From NCBI GenBank assembly GCA_964538475.1, contig CAZIGE010000001.1:1498-65497 (forward strand): DNA of 64,000 nucleotides, in the 5' to 3' direction. Below, in pieces: positions 33,208 through 42,322 of this stretch; positions within the stretch are counted from its first letter, which is position 1, and each line of letters opens with the position of its first letter. A program made the position numbers and the translations under genes. The notes beneath the pieces were generated by a model, which did no database searches, was not told the origin of the DNA, and was given only the letters and a program-made list of their open reading frames with translations. This DNA is from an uncultured Oscillospiraceae bacterium. Its GTDB lineage: Bacteria; Bacillota; Clostridia; Oscillospirales; Oscillospiraceae.

Positions 33208-33368
33208 AGAGCGCTCCTTTTGGATTTTTTTGGAAATATATACCTATTATAACTGAAATGCGGAAAAATACAACCGATTTTTTCGAAAAATCTACTGAAA
33301 AACCGAGTGATACGCGATGGCCTGATAGGGGTGAGCTAAAAACGTTTATAAAAATTGCATAAATACCA

Positions 33369-33397
33369 TTGACAAATTCGAAATAGAAGTATATAAT
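33369..33397 (+). promoter_or_regulatory. Consensus SigA promoter of second catabolic operon
   Basis: TTGACA-N17-TATAAT, perfect. Confidence 0.85.
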
Positions 33398-33407
33398 ATG
33401 CGCATAA

Positions 33408-33453
33408 GCGTTATCGGCGACGCGTCTTTTCACTAAAGCGTTACCGATAACGC
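33408..33453. promoter_or_regulatory. Tandem LacI-type operators 30 bp apart
   Basis: GCGTTATCGGCGACGC (33408-33423) and GCGTTACCGATAACGC (33438-33453). Confidence 0.7.
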
Positions 33454-33469
33454 GACAAGAAAGGAGCGC

Positions 33470-34129
33470 ATGGCTATGGAGCAAACGCATGAACTTCGCT
33501 GCCGGATCATTGATGCGTGTCGATGGTTGCGGGAGCAGGGACTCGTTTTCGGAACCTGGGGCAATATCAGTGTCAGGACGCAGGATGGGAATATTTTGAT
33601 CACACCCTCAAAGGTCGATTACTATGAAATGACACCGGATGATCTTGTGTTGCTCTCGCCTGACGGGGATGTTCTTGCAGGGCATCGTATTTCCACAAGT
33701 GAGCGGGAGATCCATCTCGGCATCATGCGCACACGTCCGGACATCCATGCGATCATCCACACGCATTCGCCCTACGCTATGGCATGCGCGGCCGGGAATG
33801 ATCCTGTTCCGCCCTTTTCCGAGGAGATCTGCCAGCTGATCGGCGGCGCGATCCCGCTGACACGCGAGTTCGTTCAGTCGTCCGAGCATGTCCGTCTTGG
33901 CCGTGTTACGGTCGAATCTTTGACACAAGCCAATGCGATTTTAATTCGCAATCACGGCCCCGTCTGCTTTGCCAGAAACCTGGAAGAAGCTAAGGTGACC
34001 TGTCAGGTCGTGGAAAAGTCCTGCAAGATCTTTATGCACCTTCGTGCAGCAGGTGCGTTCAATACGATACCGGATGAGTTCGTCTCAAGCGGAAGAGATT
34101 ATTTTCTGCATGCATACGGGAAGACTTGA
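33470..34129 (+). CDS. Class II aldolase/adducin family (FucA/AraD-like)
   Basis: GTWGNIS, ITPS, STSEREIH, HTHSPY, NHG. Confidence 0.9.
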   Translation: MAMEQTHELRCRIIDACRWLREQGLVFGTWGNISVRTQDGNILITPSKVDYYEMTPDDLVLLSPDGDVLAGHRISTSEREIHLGIMRTRPDIHAIIHTHSPYAMACAAGNDPVPPFSEEICQLIGGAIPLTREFVQSSEHVRLGRVTVESLTQANAILIRNHGPVCFARNLEEAKVTCQVVEKSCKIFMHLRAAGAFNTIPDEFVSSGRDYFLHAYGKT

Positions 34130-34153
34130 TTCATTTTCATTGGAGGTCAGTAC

Positions 34154-35173
34154 ATGCGCGTTGTAACTTTGGGAGAAATGATGATCCGCCTCATGCCGAA
34201 GGGGAATCTTCGCATAGAGCAGGCAAGTGAATTTGATGCGTTTTACGGTGGAGACGAGTCGATCGTAGCGGTATCGCTTGCCAGATTTGGCTTGCAAAGC
34301 CGATATATTACAAAGCTGCCCCTGAATCCGCTCGGGCAGATCGCACTCGGCAAGCTTCGAGAGCAGGGCGTTGATACGAGCTGTATCGTTCGGGGTGGAG
34401 AGCGACTGGGATTGAATTTTTATGAAAACGGTGCATCCATGCGCCCGTCAAAGGTCATTTATGACCGCAAGCACTCGGCCATATCGGAAGCAAGCGCCGA
34501 TGAATTTGACTTCGATGCTATTTTCCGCGATGCAGACTGGTTCCATGTTGCGGGAATAACGCCCGCGATCAGTGACAGCGCCGCGGAACTCGTTTCACAG
34601 GCAGTCAAAGCGGCTAAAGAGCATGGCCTGACCGTCAGCGTTGACCTGAATTATCGCAGTAAGCTCTGGAGCCCCGAAAAAGCACAGAGCGTGATGATCC
34701 CGCTGATGGAGTATACGGATGTACTTATCGGAAACGAAGAGGATGCGGAAAAATGCCTTGGCTTTAAGGCGGGAGACACGGATGTGTCGAATGCTGCGCT
34801 GGATATTTCGGGGTATGAGGATTGCTTCAAACGGTTGAAAGAGCGATTCGGATTCCGCTTTATCGCATCGACTCTGCGGGAGAGCCATTCGGCATCGGAC
34901 AATGGCTGGTCGGCACTTCTTTATGACGGAAATGCGTTTTATCATACCAGAAGCTATGACATCCATCTTGTTGACCGTGGCGGTGGCGGAGCATCCTTTG
35001 CTGCGGGCCTGATCTACAGCCTGTTGCAGGGGTATGACATGCAAAAGGCCGGAGAGTTCGCCGTGGCAGCTTCTGCATTGAAGCAGACGATCGCCGGTGA
35101 CTTTAACCTGTCAACGTTAGATGAGGTAGAACAGCTGATGAACGGAAATACATCCGGGCGCGTTCAGAGATAA
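34154..35173 (+). CDS. PfkB family kinase, 2-keto-3-deoxy-sugar-acid kinase (KdgK-like)
   Basis: GEMMIRL, RPSKVIYDR, GITPA, DLNYRSKLW, NEED, TLRES; anion-hole motif reads VDRGGGGASF. Confidence 0.85.
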   Translation: MRVVTLGEMMIRLMPKGNLRIEQASEFDAFYGGDESIVAVSLARFGLQSRYITKLPLNPLGQIALGKLREQGVDTSCIVRGGERLGLNFYENGASMRPSKVIYDRKHSAISEASADEFDFDAIFRDADWFHVAGITPAISDSAAELVSQAVKAAKEHGLTVSVDLNYRSKLWSPEKAQSVMIPLMEYTDVLIGNEEDAEKCLGFKAGDTDVSNAALDISGYEDCFKRLKERFGFRFIASTLRESHSASDNGWSALLYDGNAFYHTRSYDIHLVDRGGGGASFAAGLIYSLLQGYDMQKAGEFAVAASALKQTIAGDFNLSTLDEVEQLMNGNTSGRVQR

Positions 35174-35185
35174 GGAGGCTTGGCC

Positions 35186-35632
35186 ATGATCGTAGACCAC
35201 ATTTCAAATCGGGAAAAATATGCGTTTCTCGGTGCGGATTTTACGGCAGCATTACAATTTTTTGCGGAGATCGGTACGGAGCCGTTGAAAAAAGAGGACA
35301 TTCGGCTTGAAAATGCGGACGTTTTGGTCAAAGTGCGCCCGATGCTGACAAAGCCTGCATCGGCATGTGCATTTGAAGCCCATAGGGAGTATGCGGACAT
35401 CCATTATCTGGCATACGGTGTGGAGAAGATCGGCTATGCGCCGGTGCAGCTGCTGCATGAGATGTCTTATGATGCACATAAGGATGCGGCTGCGCTGGAG
35501 GGAACAGGAGATCTGATCACGCTGCATCCCGGCTATTTCATGATAACGTTTCCGCAGGATGCGCATATGCCCTGCGTTGCGGGCGCAGAACCGGAAGAGA
35601 TCGGAAAAATGATCGCAAAAATTAAAGTCTGA
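35186..35632 (+). CDS. YhcH/YjgK/YiaL (DUF386) family protein
   Basis: FEAHREYADIH, G-E-I, FPQDAHMP, K-IAK motifs. Confidence 0.88.
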   Translation: MIVDHISNREKYAFLGADFTAALQFFAEIGTEPLKKEDIRLENADVLVKVRPMLTKPASACAFEAHREYADIHYLAYGVEKIGYAPVQLLHEMSYDAHKDAAALEGTGDLITLHPGYFMITFPQDAHMPCVAGAEPEEIGKMIAKIKV

Positions 35633-35647
35633 GAAAGGAATACGATT

Positions 35648-36328
35648 ATGCGAAAGGACGATCAATCTCTGAAAGAGTATGTGGTGCAGCAGACGAAATC
35701 AACGGGAATTCTCCCTTGCATCAAATTGCACCATAAGGATGACTATATTGCCTATGCACAGGCCATGTACGACGGCGGTGCAAGAGTTGTGGAGGTCACG
35801 ATGACGACACCCGGCGTGCTGGAAGCGGTGGAGGCGATCTCGTCGCATTTCGGCGATGAAATGCTGGTGGCGGCGGGTACCGTATTAGATGCTGCTTCTG
35901 CAAGAGAAGTGATCCTGCACGGCGGAAGCATCATTGTTAATCCCTGCGTGATCGACGATGTGATCGATGTTGCAAATCGTTATAATGTGCCGGTATTCAG
36001 TGGCGCGTTTACGGCGACCGAGGTATTTACCGCGATGCGCAAGGGCGCGACGATGGTCAAAATCTTCCCGGGTGCATTGGGCGGGCCGAAATACATGACT
36101 AATCTTAAAATGGTTTTCCCCGAGGTGAATTTGATCCCATCCGGCGGCATCACACCGAATAATGCAGCAGAGTTCATTCGCTGCGGTGCCTGCGCGGTGT
36201 CGGGCGCAAGAACCTTTATGGATCATGAACGTATTGCAAAGGAAGGCCTGGGGTGCGTTACAGAGCAGGTGCGCAGGTTCGTGGACATTATTGCCGAAGC
36301 AAAACGAGACATTCCGATCATCCCCTGA
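35648..36328 (+). CDS. KDPG/KHG aldolase family (Eda-like)
   Basis: VEVTMTTP, AGTVLD, TATE, VKIFP (Schiff-base Lys), PSGGI. Confidence 0.88.
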   Translation: MRKDDQSLKEYVVQQTKSTGILPCIKLHHKDDYIAYAQAMYDGGARVVEVTMTTPGVLEAVEAISSHFGDEMLVAAGTVLDAASAREVILHGGSIIVNPCVIDDVIDVANRYNVPVFSGAFTATEVFTAMRKGATMVKIFPGALGGPKYMTNLKMVFPEVNLIPSGGITPNNAAEFIRCGACAVSGARTFMDHERIAKEGLGCVTEQVRRFVDIIAEAKRDIPIIP

Positions 36329-36348
36329 ATGCAACAGGAGGGAACCAT

Positions 36349-37395
36349 ATGATGGTATTTCAGGCGCTTGAGCCAAAGCGCGGCGCATTTACAAACATAC
36401 CGATTCCCGTACCGACTGACGATCAAATTCTGGTTCGCGTCAGCTACTGCGGCGTTTGCGGAACGGATTACGATCTGTTTTCGGGCGAGAGCAGCTTTGT
36501 CAAAGATGGGCTGGCAACTTTCCCTATTCGTTTAGGGCATGAGTGGTCCGGAATCGTTACGCAGGTCGGTCCGAATACAAAACGACTTCACGTCGGGGAT
36601 CGCGTGGTTGGTGATAACTATGTCAGCTGCGGGATTTGCGAGGCGTGCTGTCGCGGCGACTATAACCATTGCACCGGCAGAAGCCATGTCGGAACGATCG
36701 ACCCGTGCTGGCCCGGTGCCTATGCGGAGTATTATCTGGTGCCTGAGCGCCATGCATATCGCATTGCCGATCATGTTCCGCTGCGGGATGCGGCACTTTG
36801 CGAGCCGCTTTCGGTTGCATACGGCGGGATCAAGAAGATGGATATTACATCCGATACGATCGTTGCCGTGATCGGGACAGGATCCATTGCTATGTCTGCG
36901 GCAGCTCTTGCTTTGAACCGCGGCGGAAAAGTCTATGTGATCGGGCGAAACCCGTTTAAGCTGCGCGTCGCGGAAAAACTCGGCGTACATGGGATCATCG
37001 ACTGTACACAGGGAAGCGTTGCACAGGAACTGGAGCATTTGACCGGAGGTAGACTGGCTGACTGTATTTTGGAATGTTCCGGAAATCCTGTGATGGTTGA
37101 CGAGATCATTAAGATCGCTACGCCGAAGGCTAAAGCCACGCTTCTCGGATTTTACAATGAGAAACCGAGGGAAGTGGATTTCAGCGCATTGGTCGCAAAA
37201 GAGCTGACCCTTGTGGGGGTCATGGGAGAATACGGAAATCTGGAAGCTGTTTCTAAAATCATGGCAGAGCACGATTTGAAGCTTTCCAATATCATAACGG
37301 GGGAAGTGCCGTTTGAACGATGCGGCGAAGCGCTCCTACCGCAAGACCATAGTAAGATCATTAAGACGATCGTTCGTATCGCAGGAGAACAGTGA
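36349..37395 (+). CDS. Zn-dependent dehydrogenase (MDR family)
   Basis: GVCGTD, GHEWSG, CGICEAC...C, EPLSVA, GTGSI. Confidence 0.9.
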   Translation: MMVFQALEPKRGAFTNIPIPVPTDDQILVRVSYCGVCGTDYDLFSGESSFVKDGLATFPIRLGHEWSGIVTQVGPNTKRLHVGDRVVGDNYVSCGICEACCRGDYNHCTGRSHVGTIDPCWPGAYAEYYLVPERHAYRIADHVPLRDAALCEPLSVAYGGIKKMDITSDTIVAVIGTGSIAMSAAALALNRGGKVYVIGRNPFKLRVAEKLGVHGIIDCTQGSVAQELEHLTGGRLADCILECSGNPVMVDEIIKIATPKAKATLLGFYNEKPREVDFSALVAKELTLVGVMGEYGNLEAVSKIMAEHDLKLSNIITGEVPFERCGEALLPQDHSKIIKTIVRIAGEQ

Positions 37396-38393
37396 TGAAA
37401 GTTGCAATTTTAGGTAAACAAAATCCAAGATATTTCCGTGAACTTATGGCGAGCGCTTTGCGCGATGCAGGCCATGATGTGGATATCGCAGATATGCCAA
37501 GCAGAACATTTCTGGATTATGCAGACGATTTGAAGCATTATGATGCCCTGATTACCTGCGGTGAAAAGATTCCCGCGCAGGCAGTTCGCGCTTTGGCATT
37601 GGGAAATGTCAAGCTGATTTCCCGATGGGGCGTCGGCACGGACGAGATCGATAAGGCAGAGGCTGCAAAATGCGGTATCGCCGTGTGTAATGCGGCAAAC
37701 TCGCTGTCGGTGGCTGTTGCGGAGTGCGCAATTGCCATGATGATCAATCTTCTGCGTGAATTCCCCGCGCGTGATGCGTCCGTCAGAAAGGGCGATTGGA
37801 GCTGGTTTTTTGAGGGTCGCATGAGCCGTCAGCTGGAAGGAAAAACCGTGGGACTGATCGGCTTCGGAAACATTGCCAAGGCACTTGCGAAAATGCTGGG
37901 CGGGTTTGACTGCAATATAATTGCCTGCGATGAATACTACTGGGATGCAGCGGCAGCCGAGCAGCTTCATGTTGAAAAAGTGCCTATGGAGAGGATCATC
38001 GAGACGGCGGATGTGATCAGCCTGCATGTAGCCGCTTCTGCGGATACGATCAACATGGTCGATCGGGCATTTTTGGAGAAAATGAAGCCGTCTGCTATAT
38101 TGATCAACACTGCGCGCGGTGCGCTTGTGGACGAAGAAGCGCTTGCATGGGCTCTGAAAAACGGACAGATCGCAGCGGCAGGCCTGGATGTTTTCAGACA
38201 GGAGCCTCCGAGCGCGGACAATCCCCTGCTAACGCTGGAAAATGTTATGCTTTTGCCGCACTCCGGTGCCGGTTCCAATGAGTGTCTGGAAAAATCTTCG
38301 GCTATGGCATCCGGAAACGTGATCGATTTTTTTGCGGGGAAAAAGGTAAAAACCATACTGAACCCGGATTATGCGATGCACGCACGCCCGTAA
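37395..38393 (+). CDS. D-isomer-specific 2-hydroxyacid dehydrogenase
   Basis: SRWGVGTD, VAE, GLIGFGNI, INTARGALVDE, GLDVFRQEP, PHSG. Confidence 0.9.
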   Translation: MKVAILGKQNPRYFRELMASALRDAGHDVDIADMPSRTFLDYADDLKHYDALITCGEKIPAQAVRALALGNVKLISRWGVGTDEIDKAEAAKCGIAVCNAANSLSVAVAECAIAMMINLLREFPARDASVRKGDWSWFFEGRMSRQLEGKTVGLIGFGNIAKALAKMLGGFDCNIIACDEYYWDAAAAEQLHVEKVPMERIIETADVISLHVAASADTINMVDRAFLEKMKPSAILINTARGALVDEEALAWALKNGQIAAAGLDVFRQEPPSADNPLLTLENVMLLPHSGAGSNECLEKSSAMASGNVIDFFAGKKVKTILNPDYAMHARP

Positions 38394-38473
38394 GCGGTTG
38401 CGCGGAACACAGCGGCAATGATCAAATGATGTACGAAATAAACCGTTTCAGACGATAGGACAGGAGAAATTTC

Positions 38474-39232
38474 ATGGAACTGGCAGAAAGAATTTTGACG
38501 CTTTCCGTGCAGAGCGGACATGTTGGCGTGTTTTTTCTCGGGCAGGCGGGTTTTGTACTGAAATCTTCACAGGGTACATTGCTTGCAATCGATCCGTATT
38601 TATCCAACTGTTGCGAGCGATATTTCGGTTTCAAACGGCTTATGCCGCAGTTGCTTCTGCCGGGAGAGGTTGAATTTGACTTTATTGTAACGTCGCATGC
38701 ACATTTTGACCATTTTGACGTTGACAGTATCCCGCTCCTGCTGGCCAATCGAAAAACTGAATTGATCACGGCGGCTGACGGTATAGAGCAATGCGAGCGG
38801 CTGGATATTCCTTCGCAACGGTATACTGTTCTGCGGGCGGGCGACAGCGTATGCGCACAGGACTTTACCGTTCATGCTACGGACTGCGATCACGGAGAGC
38901 TTGCACCGGATGCGGTGGGGCTGTATATCGAGTGCGACGGAAAGAAGTTGTATTTTGCGGGAGATACCTGCTATCGGAAGGATATCGCATGGCAAATGTC
39001 TCGGCTTAGCGTTGATTTTGCTGCTGCGCCGATCAATGGCGCATTCGGAAATATGAACGCCGAAGAGGCGGCAGAGTTTTTCAAGATCGTTCGACCGAAA
39101 CTTTGCGTGCCGTGCCATTACTGGAACTTTGCGCAGCATTTGGGAGACCCCGACGCATTTATCAGAGCAATGCAAGCGCCCGACGCGCCCGATCATTGTC
39201 TGATGCGTCCCGGTGAGGCCCTTATTATTTAA
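38474..39232 (+). CDS. MBL-fold hydrolase, UlaG-like (possible lactonase)
   Basis: LGQAGF, IDPYLS, SHAHFDHFD, YFAGDT, PINGAFGNM, PCHY. Confidence 0.85.
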   Translation: MELAERILTLSVQSGHVGVFFLGQAGFVLKSSQGTLLAIDPYLSNCCERYFGFKRLMPQLLLPGEVEFDFIVTSHAHFDHFDVDSIPLLLANRKTELITAADGIEQCERLDIPSQRYTVLRAGDSVCAQDFTVHATDCDHGELAPDAVGLYIECDGKKLYFAGDTCYRKDIAWQMSRLSVDFAAAPINGAFGNMNAEEAAEFFKIVRPKLCVPCHYWNFAQHLGDPDAFIRAMQAPDAPDHCLMRPGEALII

Positions 39233-39333
39233 ATCTGACAAGAACTGGAGGTGAAACTGTAATCGACTGGCAAATACCCGATGCCCCTGCAAACAAAAAC
39301 TATGATAAATACAAAAAACGGGAGGAACTCAAG

Positions 39334-40104
39334 ATGAAACGAAATGTATGTGCGCTTTTGCTGGCGGTTTTGCTGGTAAGCCTTGTCCCTGTGGCTGCGT
39401 TTGCCAACACAGTCGACGGGCAGGAGATTGCTTTTTCCGACTGGTCCAATGCCGGATTCGGCAGCTGGAAGGAAGAAGACGAGGGAGTTCTTGCTCCCGC
39501 AGAATTGACGGACTTTACGCTGCTTCGCCTGGAAAAAGAACTGGGCGAATCGTATACCATCGATTTGGATGTAAAACAGGATGATCTGGACTCCGGTTGG
39601 CAGACCATCAACATCGGTTTTGAGGTCAATGCGGGTGAGAACTTCACGCAAAGCGGTTTTACGCTGGATCTGCATAATGCAGGCGTTGCGCGCGTGATAA
39701 TCTATTCTTCCGCGAATGCGGGAGCGGGCACGCAGGGCAGCTACGATAACCCCTATGGCGGCAATCTGACTTATTCTCCCAATACAGAGTGGAGACATGT
39801 TCAGATCCGGCGTGAAGGCAGCGCCTTTACCGTTGTGATTGATGAAGATCCCGCACAGACGATCTCCTTTGAATGCGACAGCGTTTCCGGTGGGCACCTT
39901 GTCATCGGTGCGGTCGGTTGCAGAAATGTCAGCTATAAGAATGTCACGATCAAAACAGCATCCGAAAGTTCCCCCGAACCGGATGACGAGCCTGCGAGCG
40001 ATACCGGTGATTCCGTGCATGTGATCGCAATGGTGGCCGCGCTTGCACTGATCGGTTTCTGCACTGTTTCGGCGGTCAATACGAAAAAACAGAAAGAGAT
40101 CTGA
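39334..40104 (+). CDS. Surface protein A: signal peptide, one ~185-aa beta-rich domain, sortase-like tail
   Basis: AFA signal cleavage site; acidic linker; SDTGD, then hydrophobic stretch and KKQKEI; GGGAGG RBS. Confidence 0.8.
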   Translation: MKRNVCALLLAVLLVSLVPVAAFANTVDGQEIAFSDWSNAGFGSWKEEDEGVLAPAELTDFTLLRLEKELGESYTIDLDVKQDDLDSGWQTINIGFEVNAGENFTQSGFTLDLHNAGVARVIIYSSANAGAGTQGSYDNPYGGNLTYSPNTEWRHVQIRREGSAFTVVIDEDPAQTISFECDSVSGGHLVIGAVGCRNVSYKNVTIKTASESSPEPDDEPASDTGDSVHVIAMVAALALIGFCTVSAVNTKKQKEI

Positions 40105-40203
40105 CCGATATCTGCGTGAAGCTGACCGGAGGTCACGCCCGGCGGCATGAATATTGTGGGTAAAAGTTACATGGACAAACCGCGAATAGGAGGATACAGA
40201 AAA

Positions 40204-42285
40204 ATGAAGCGAATGGCAGCTCTGATCATGGCAGCACTGCTTGTGCTGACTTGTACGACTATTGTGAGTTTTGCTACTCCCGCCGATAACACATATAATG
40301 GCGAACAGATCGACTTTTCCATGTGGACGAATGCGGCGTTTGGCGGATGGGAGCAAAAGGAAGACGGCACGATTTCCCCGACGGAATTGACGGACTTTAC
40401 GCTCCTGCGATTTGAGAAGAACCTTGGCAATGAATACACCGTTGAGCTGGATGTCAAGCAGGAAGATCTGGACTCCGGTTGGCAGACCATCAATATCGGC
40501 TTTGACGTAAAAGAAGGCGAGAACTTTACGCAAAGCGGATTGACGCTGGATCTGCACAATGCCGGTGTTGCCCGCATCATCAACTACGGAAGCGCCAATA
40601 TGGGTGCATCCAAAGAAGGCAGCTACGATAACCCTTACGGTGGCAATATGGGTTATGAGCCCAACACCGAATGGACGCATGTCAAAATCGCGCGCAAGGG
40701 CGCGGACTTTACCGTGACGATCAATAACGGCACCGAGATCACGACATCGTTCCAAACGGAAGAATATAACGGCGGATATCTGGTGCTCGGTGCAGTGGGA
40801 TGCCGTATGGTTTCGTACAGAAATATTCAGATTACCAGTACGGAGACCTATCTTGAAATCGAAGAAGACCCTCGTGCCATTCAGGAGGAAACGGAAGGCG
40901 GCGTGAATACCTGCTTCGGCGAAGCGATCACGCTGGATGACTGGTCGGCGACAGGAGACAGCGAATGGCTGGAGGAAAACGGCATTTATTACACAAAGGA
41001 GCTGGCGGAGTACAGCGTTCTGACGCTCAACAGAGATCTTGGAAAAACCTATACCATTGAATTGGATGTTCGGCAGCATCAGGTTTCTACCGGATGGAAC
41101 TGCATCAACATTGGCTTTGATGTGAACGAGGGCGAGGATCTGACTACGAGCGGCCTTACGATCGATTTGCATAATGCAGGTGTCTGGCGCATCATCGACT
41201 TTAAGGACAGAAATAATAAGGATGTTGCGATCGGCAACTATGATAATCCGTTCGGCGGAGATGACTGGACATACAGCTGTACGACGCAGTGGATGCATGT
41301 GACGATCGAGCGAATGAACAGCTACTATAATGTCACGATCAACGACGGAACAGAGAAGACAATTCGCTTTGAAACGGACGCGTATAATGGCGGACATCTT
41401 TGCATCAGCTCGGTCGGCAAACGTGATATCATGTTCAAGAACATACAGATCGTAAGCGAAGTTACATCCATGGCACCGGATGAACCGACTTATCCTGAAA
41501 GCATCGGCTCAACGCAGTACACATTTGCCGGAAATTCCTTTGGAGAATGGGCTACTACGGATGGCTGGACTGCAAATGGCAATACCCTGTCTGCATCTGC
41601 GTCGGATACGGAGCAGATCGCACACCTCGACCTTGAGACGATGAGAAACTTCAAGCTTTCTCTGAACTATGAAGTGCTTGATGCGAACGGCGGTGCTTTC
41701 GGAATTGCATTCCGAAAGAAATCCGGTGGTGCGTCCTATCAGGGGATCGGCTATTCTCTGATTTTTAAATCGAGTGAAGACGGCAATACCATGACGCTGG
41801 CCGACTATACGACAAGCGGCGCGGCCGGGCTGGACGGAATGGCGCATGAATTCGAGCTGGCCGGTAACGTAACGCTGACCGCATCGGGAAATGAGTTCTG
41901 CGTCTGGCTGAATGACGAACTGATCCTGAATGTGACGAGCAATTCGTATGCATTTGGTTCTATCGGTTTGTTTGCCGAAAATTGCTCGGTTGCTTTCTCC
42001 GATATCAAGCTGACATCGGATGCGCTGTTGCCGGATGTCGTTTGGAGTGCGATCGATGCCATTAATGATGGAACGGGGATCTCACCTGAAATGCAGGCAC
42101 AGCTGGCCGAGCTGACGGAGTTTGAACGGAGCCTGATACCTTCCAATATTTTGACACAATTCGACGCTGCGAAGGGGAATCCCGGTGATTACACCTGGCT
42201 CTATATTGGCGTGGGTGCAATCGTAGTGTTGGCTGTTGCAGTGGTGTGTATTGTGGTTGCCAAAAAGAAAAAAGACAAAAAATGA
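40204..42285 (+). CDS. Surface protein B: signal peptide, three beta-rich domains, C-terminal TM anchor
   Basis: Domains 1-2 homologous to protein A; domain 3 ends GSIGLFAENCSVAFSDIKL (ConA/CBM66/DUF1080-like); TM plus KKKKDKK. Confidence 0.8.
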   Translation: MKRMAALIMAALLVLTCTTIVSFATPADNTYNGEQIDFSMWTNAAFGGWEQKEDGTISPTELTDFTLLRFEKNLGNEYTVELDVKQEDLDSGWQTINIGFDVKEGENFTQSGLTLDLHNAGVARIINYGSANMGASKEGSYDNPYGGNMGYEPNTEWTHVKIARKGADFTVTINNGTEITTSFQTEEYNGGYLVLGAVGCRMVSYRNIQITSTETYLEIEEDPRAIQEETEGGVNTCFGEAITLDDWSATGDSEWLEENGIYYTKELAEYSVLTLNRDLGKTYTIELDVRQHQVSTGWNCINIGFDVNEGEDLTTSGLTIDLHNAGVWRIIDFKDRNNKDVAIGNYDNPFGGDDWTYSCTTQWMHVTIERMNSYYNVTINDGTEKTIRFETDAYNGGHLCISSVGKRDIMFKNIQIVSEVTSMAPDEPTYPESIGSTQYTFAGNSFGEWATTDGWTANGNTLSASASDTEQIAHLDLETMRNFKLSLNYEVLDANGGAFGIAFRKKSGGASYQGIGYSLIFKSSEDGNTMTLADYTTSGAAGLDGMAHEFELAGNVTLTASGNEFCVWLNDELILNVTSNSYAFGSIGLFAENCSVAFSDIKLTSDALLPDVVWSAIDAINDGTGISPEMQAQLAELTEFERSLIPSNILTQFDAAKGNPGDYTWLYIGVGAIVVLAVAVVCIVVAKKKKDKK

Positions 42286-42322
42286 TCGGGATCCACACAA
42301 TTCTTCCAATGAGGAACTATAC

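Noticed and set aside
27844-42285. 3-keto-glycoside (Gfo/Idh/MocA plus DUF1080) glycoside-cleavage system
   Set aside because: No xylose-isomerase-like TIM-barrel lyase; the surface domains lack clear DUF1080 NSG/E-x-Q motifs; the oxidoreductase is cytoplasmic
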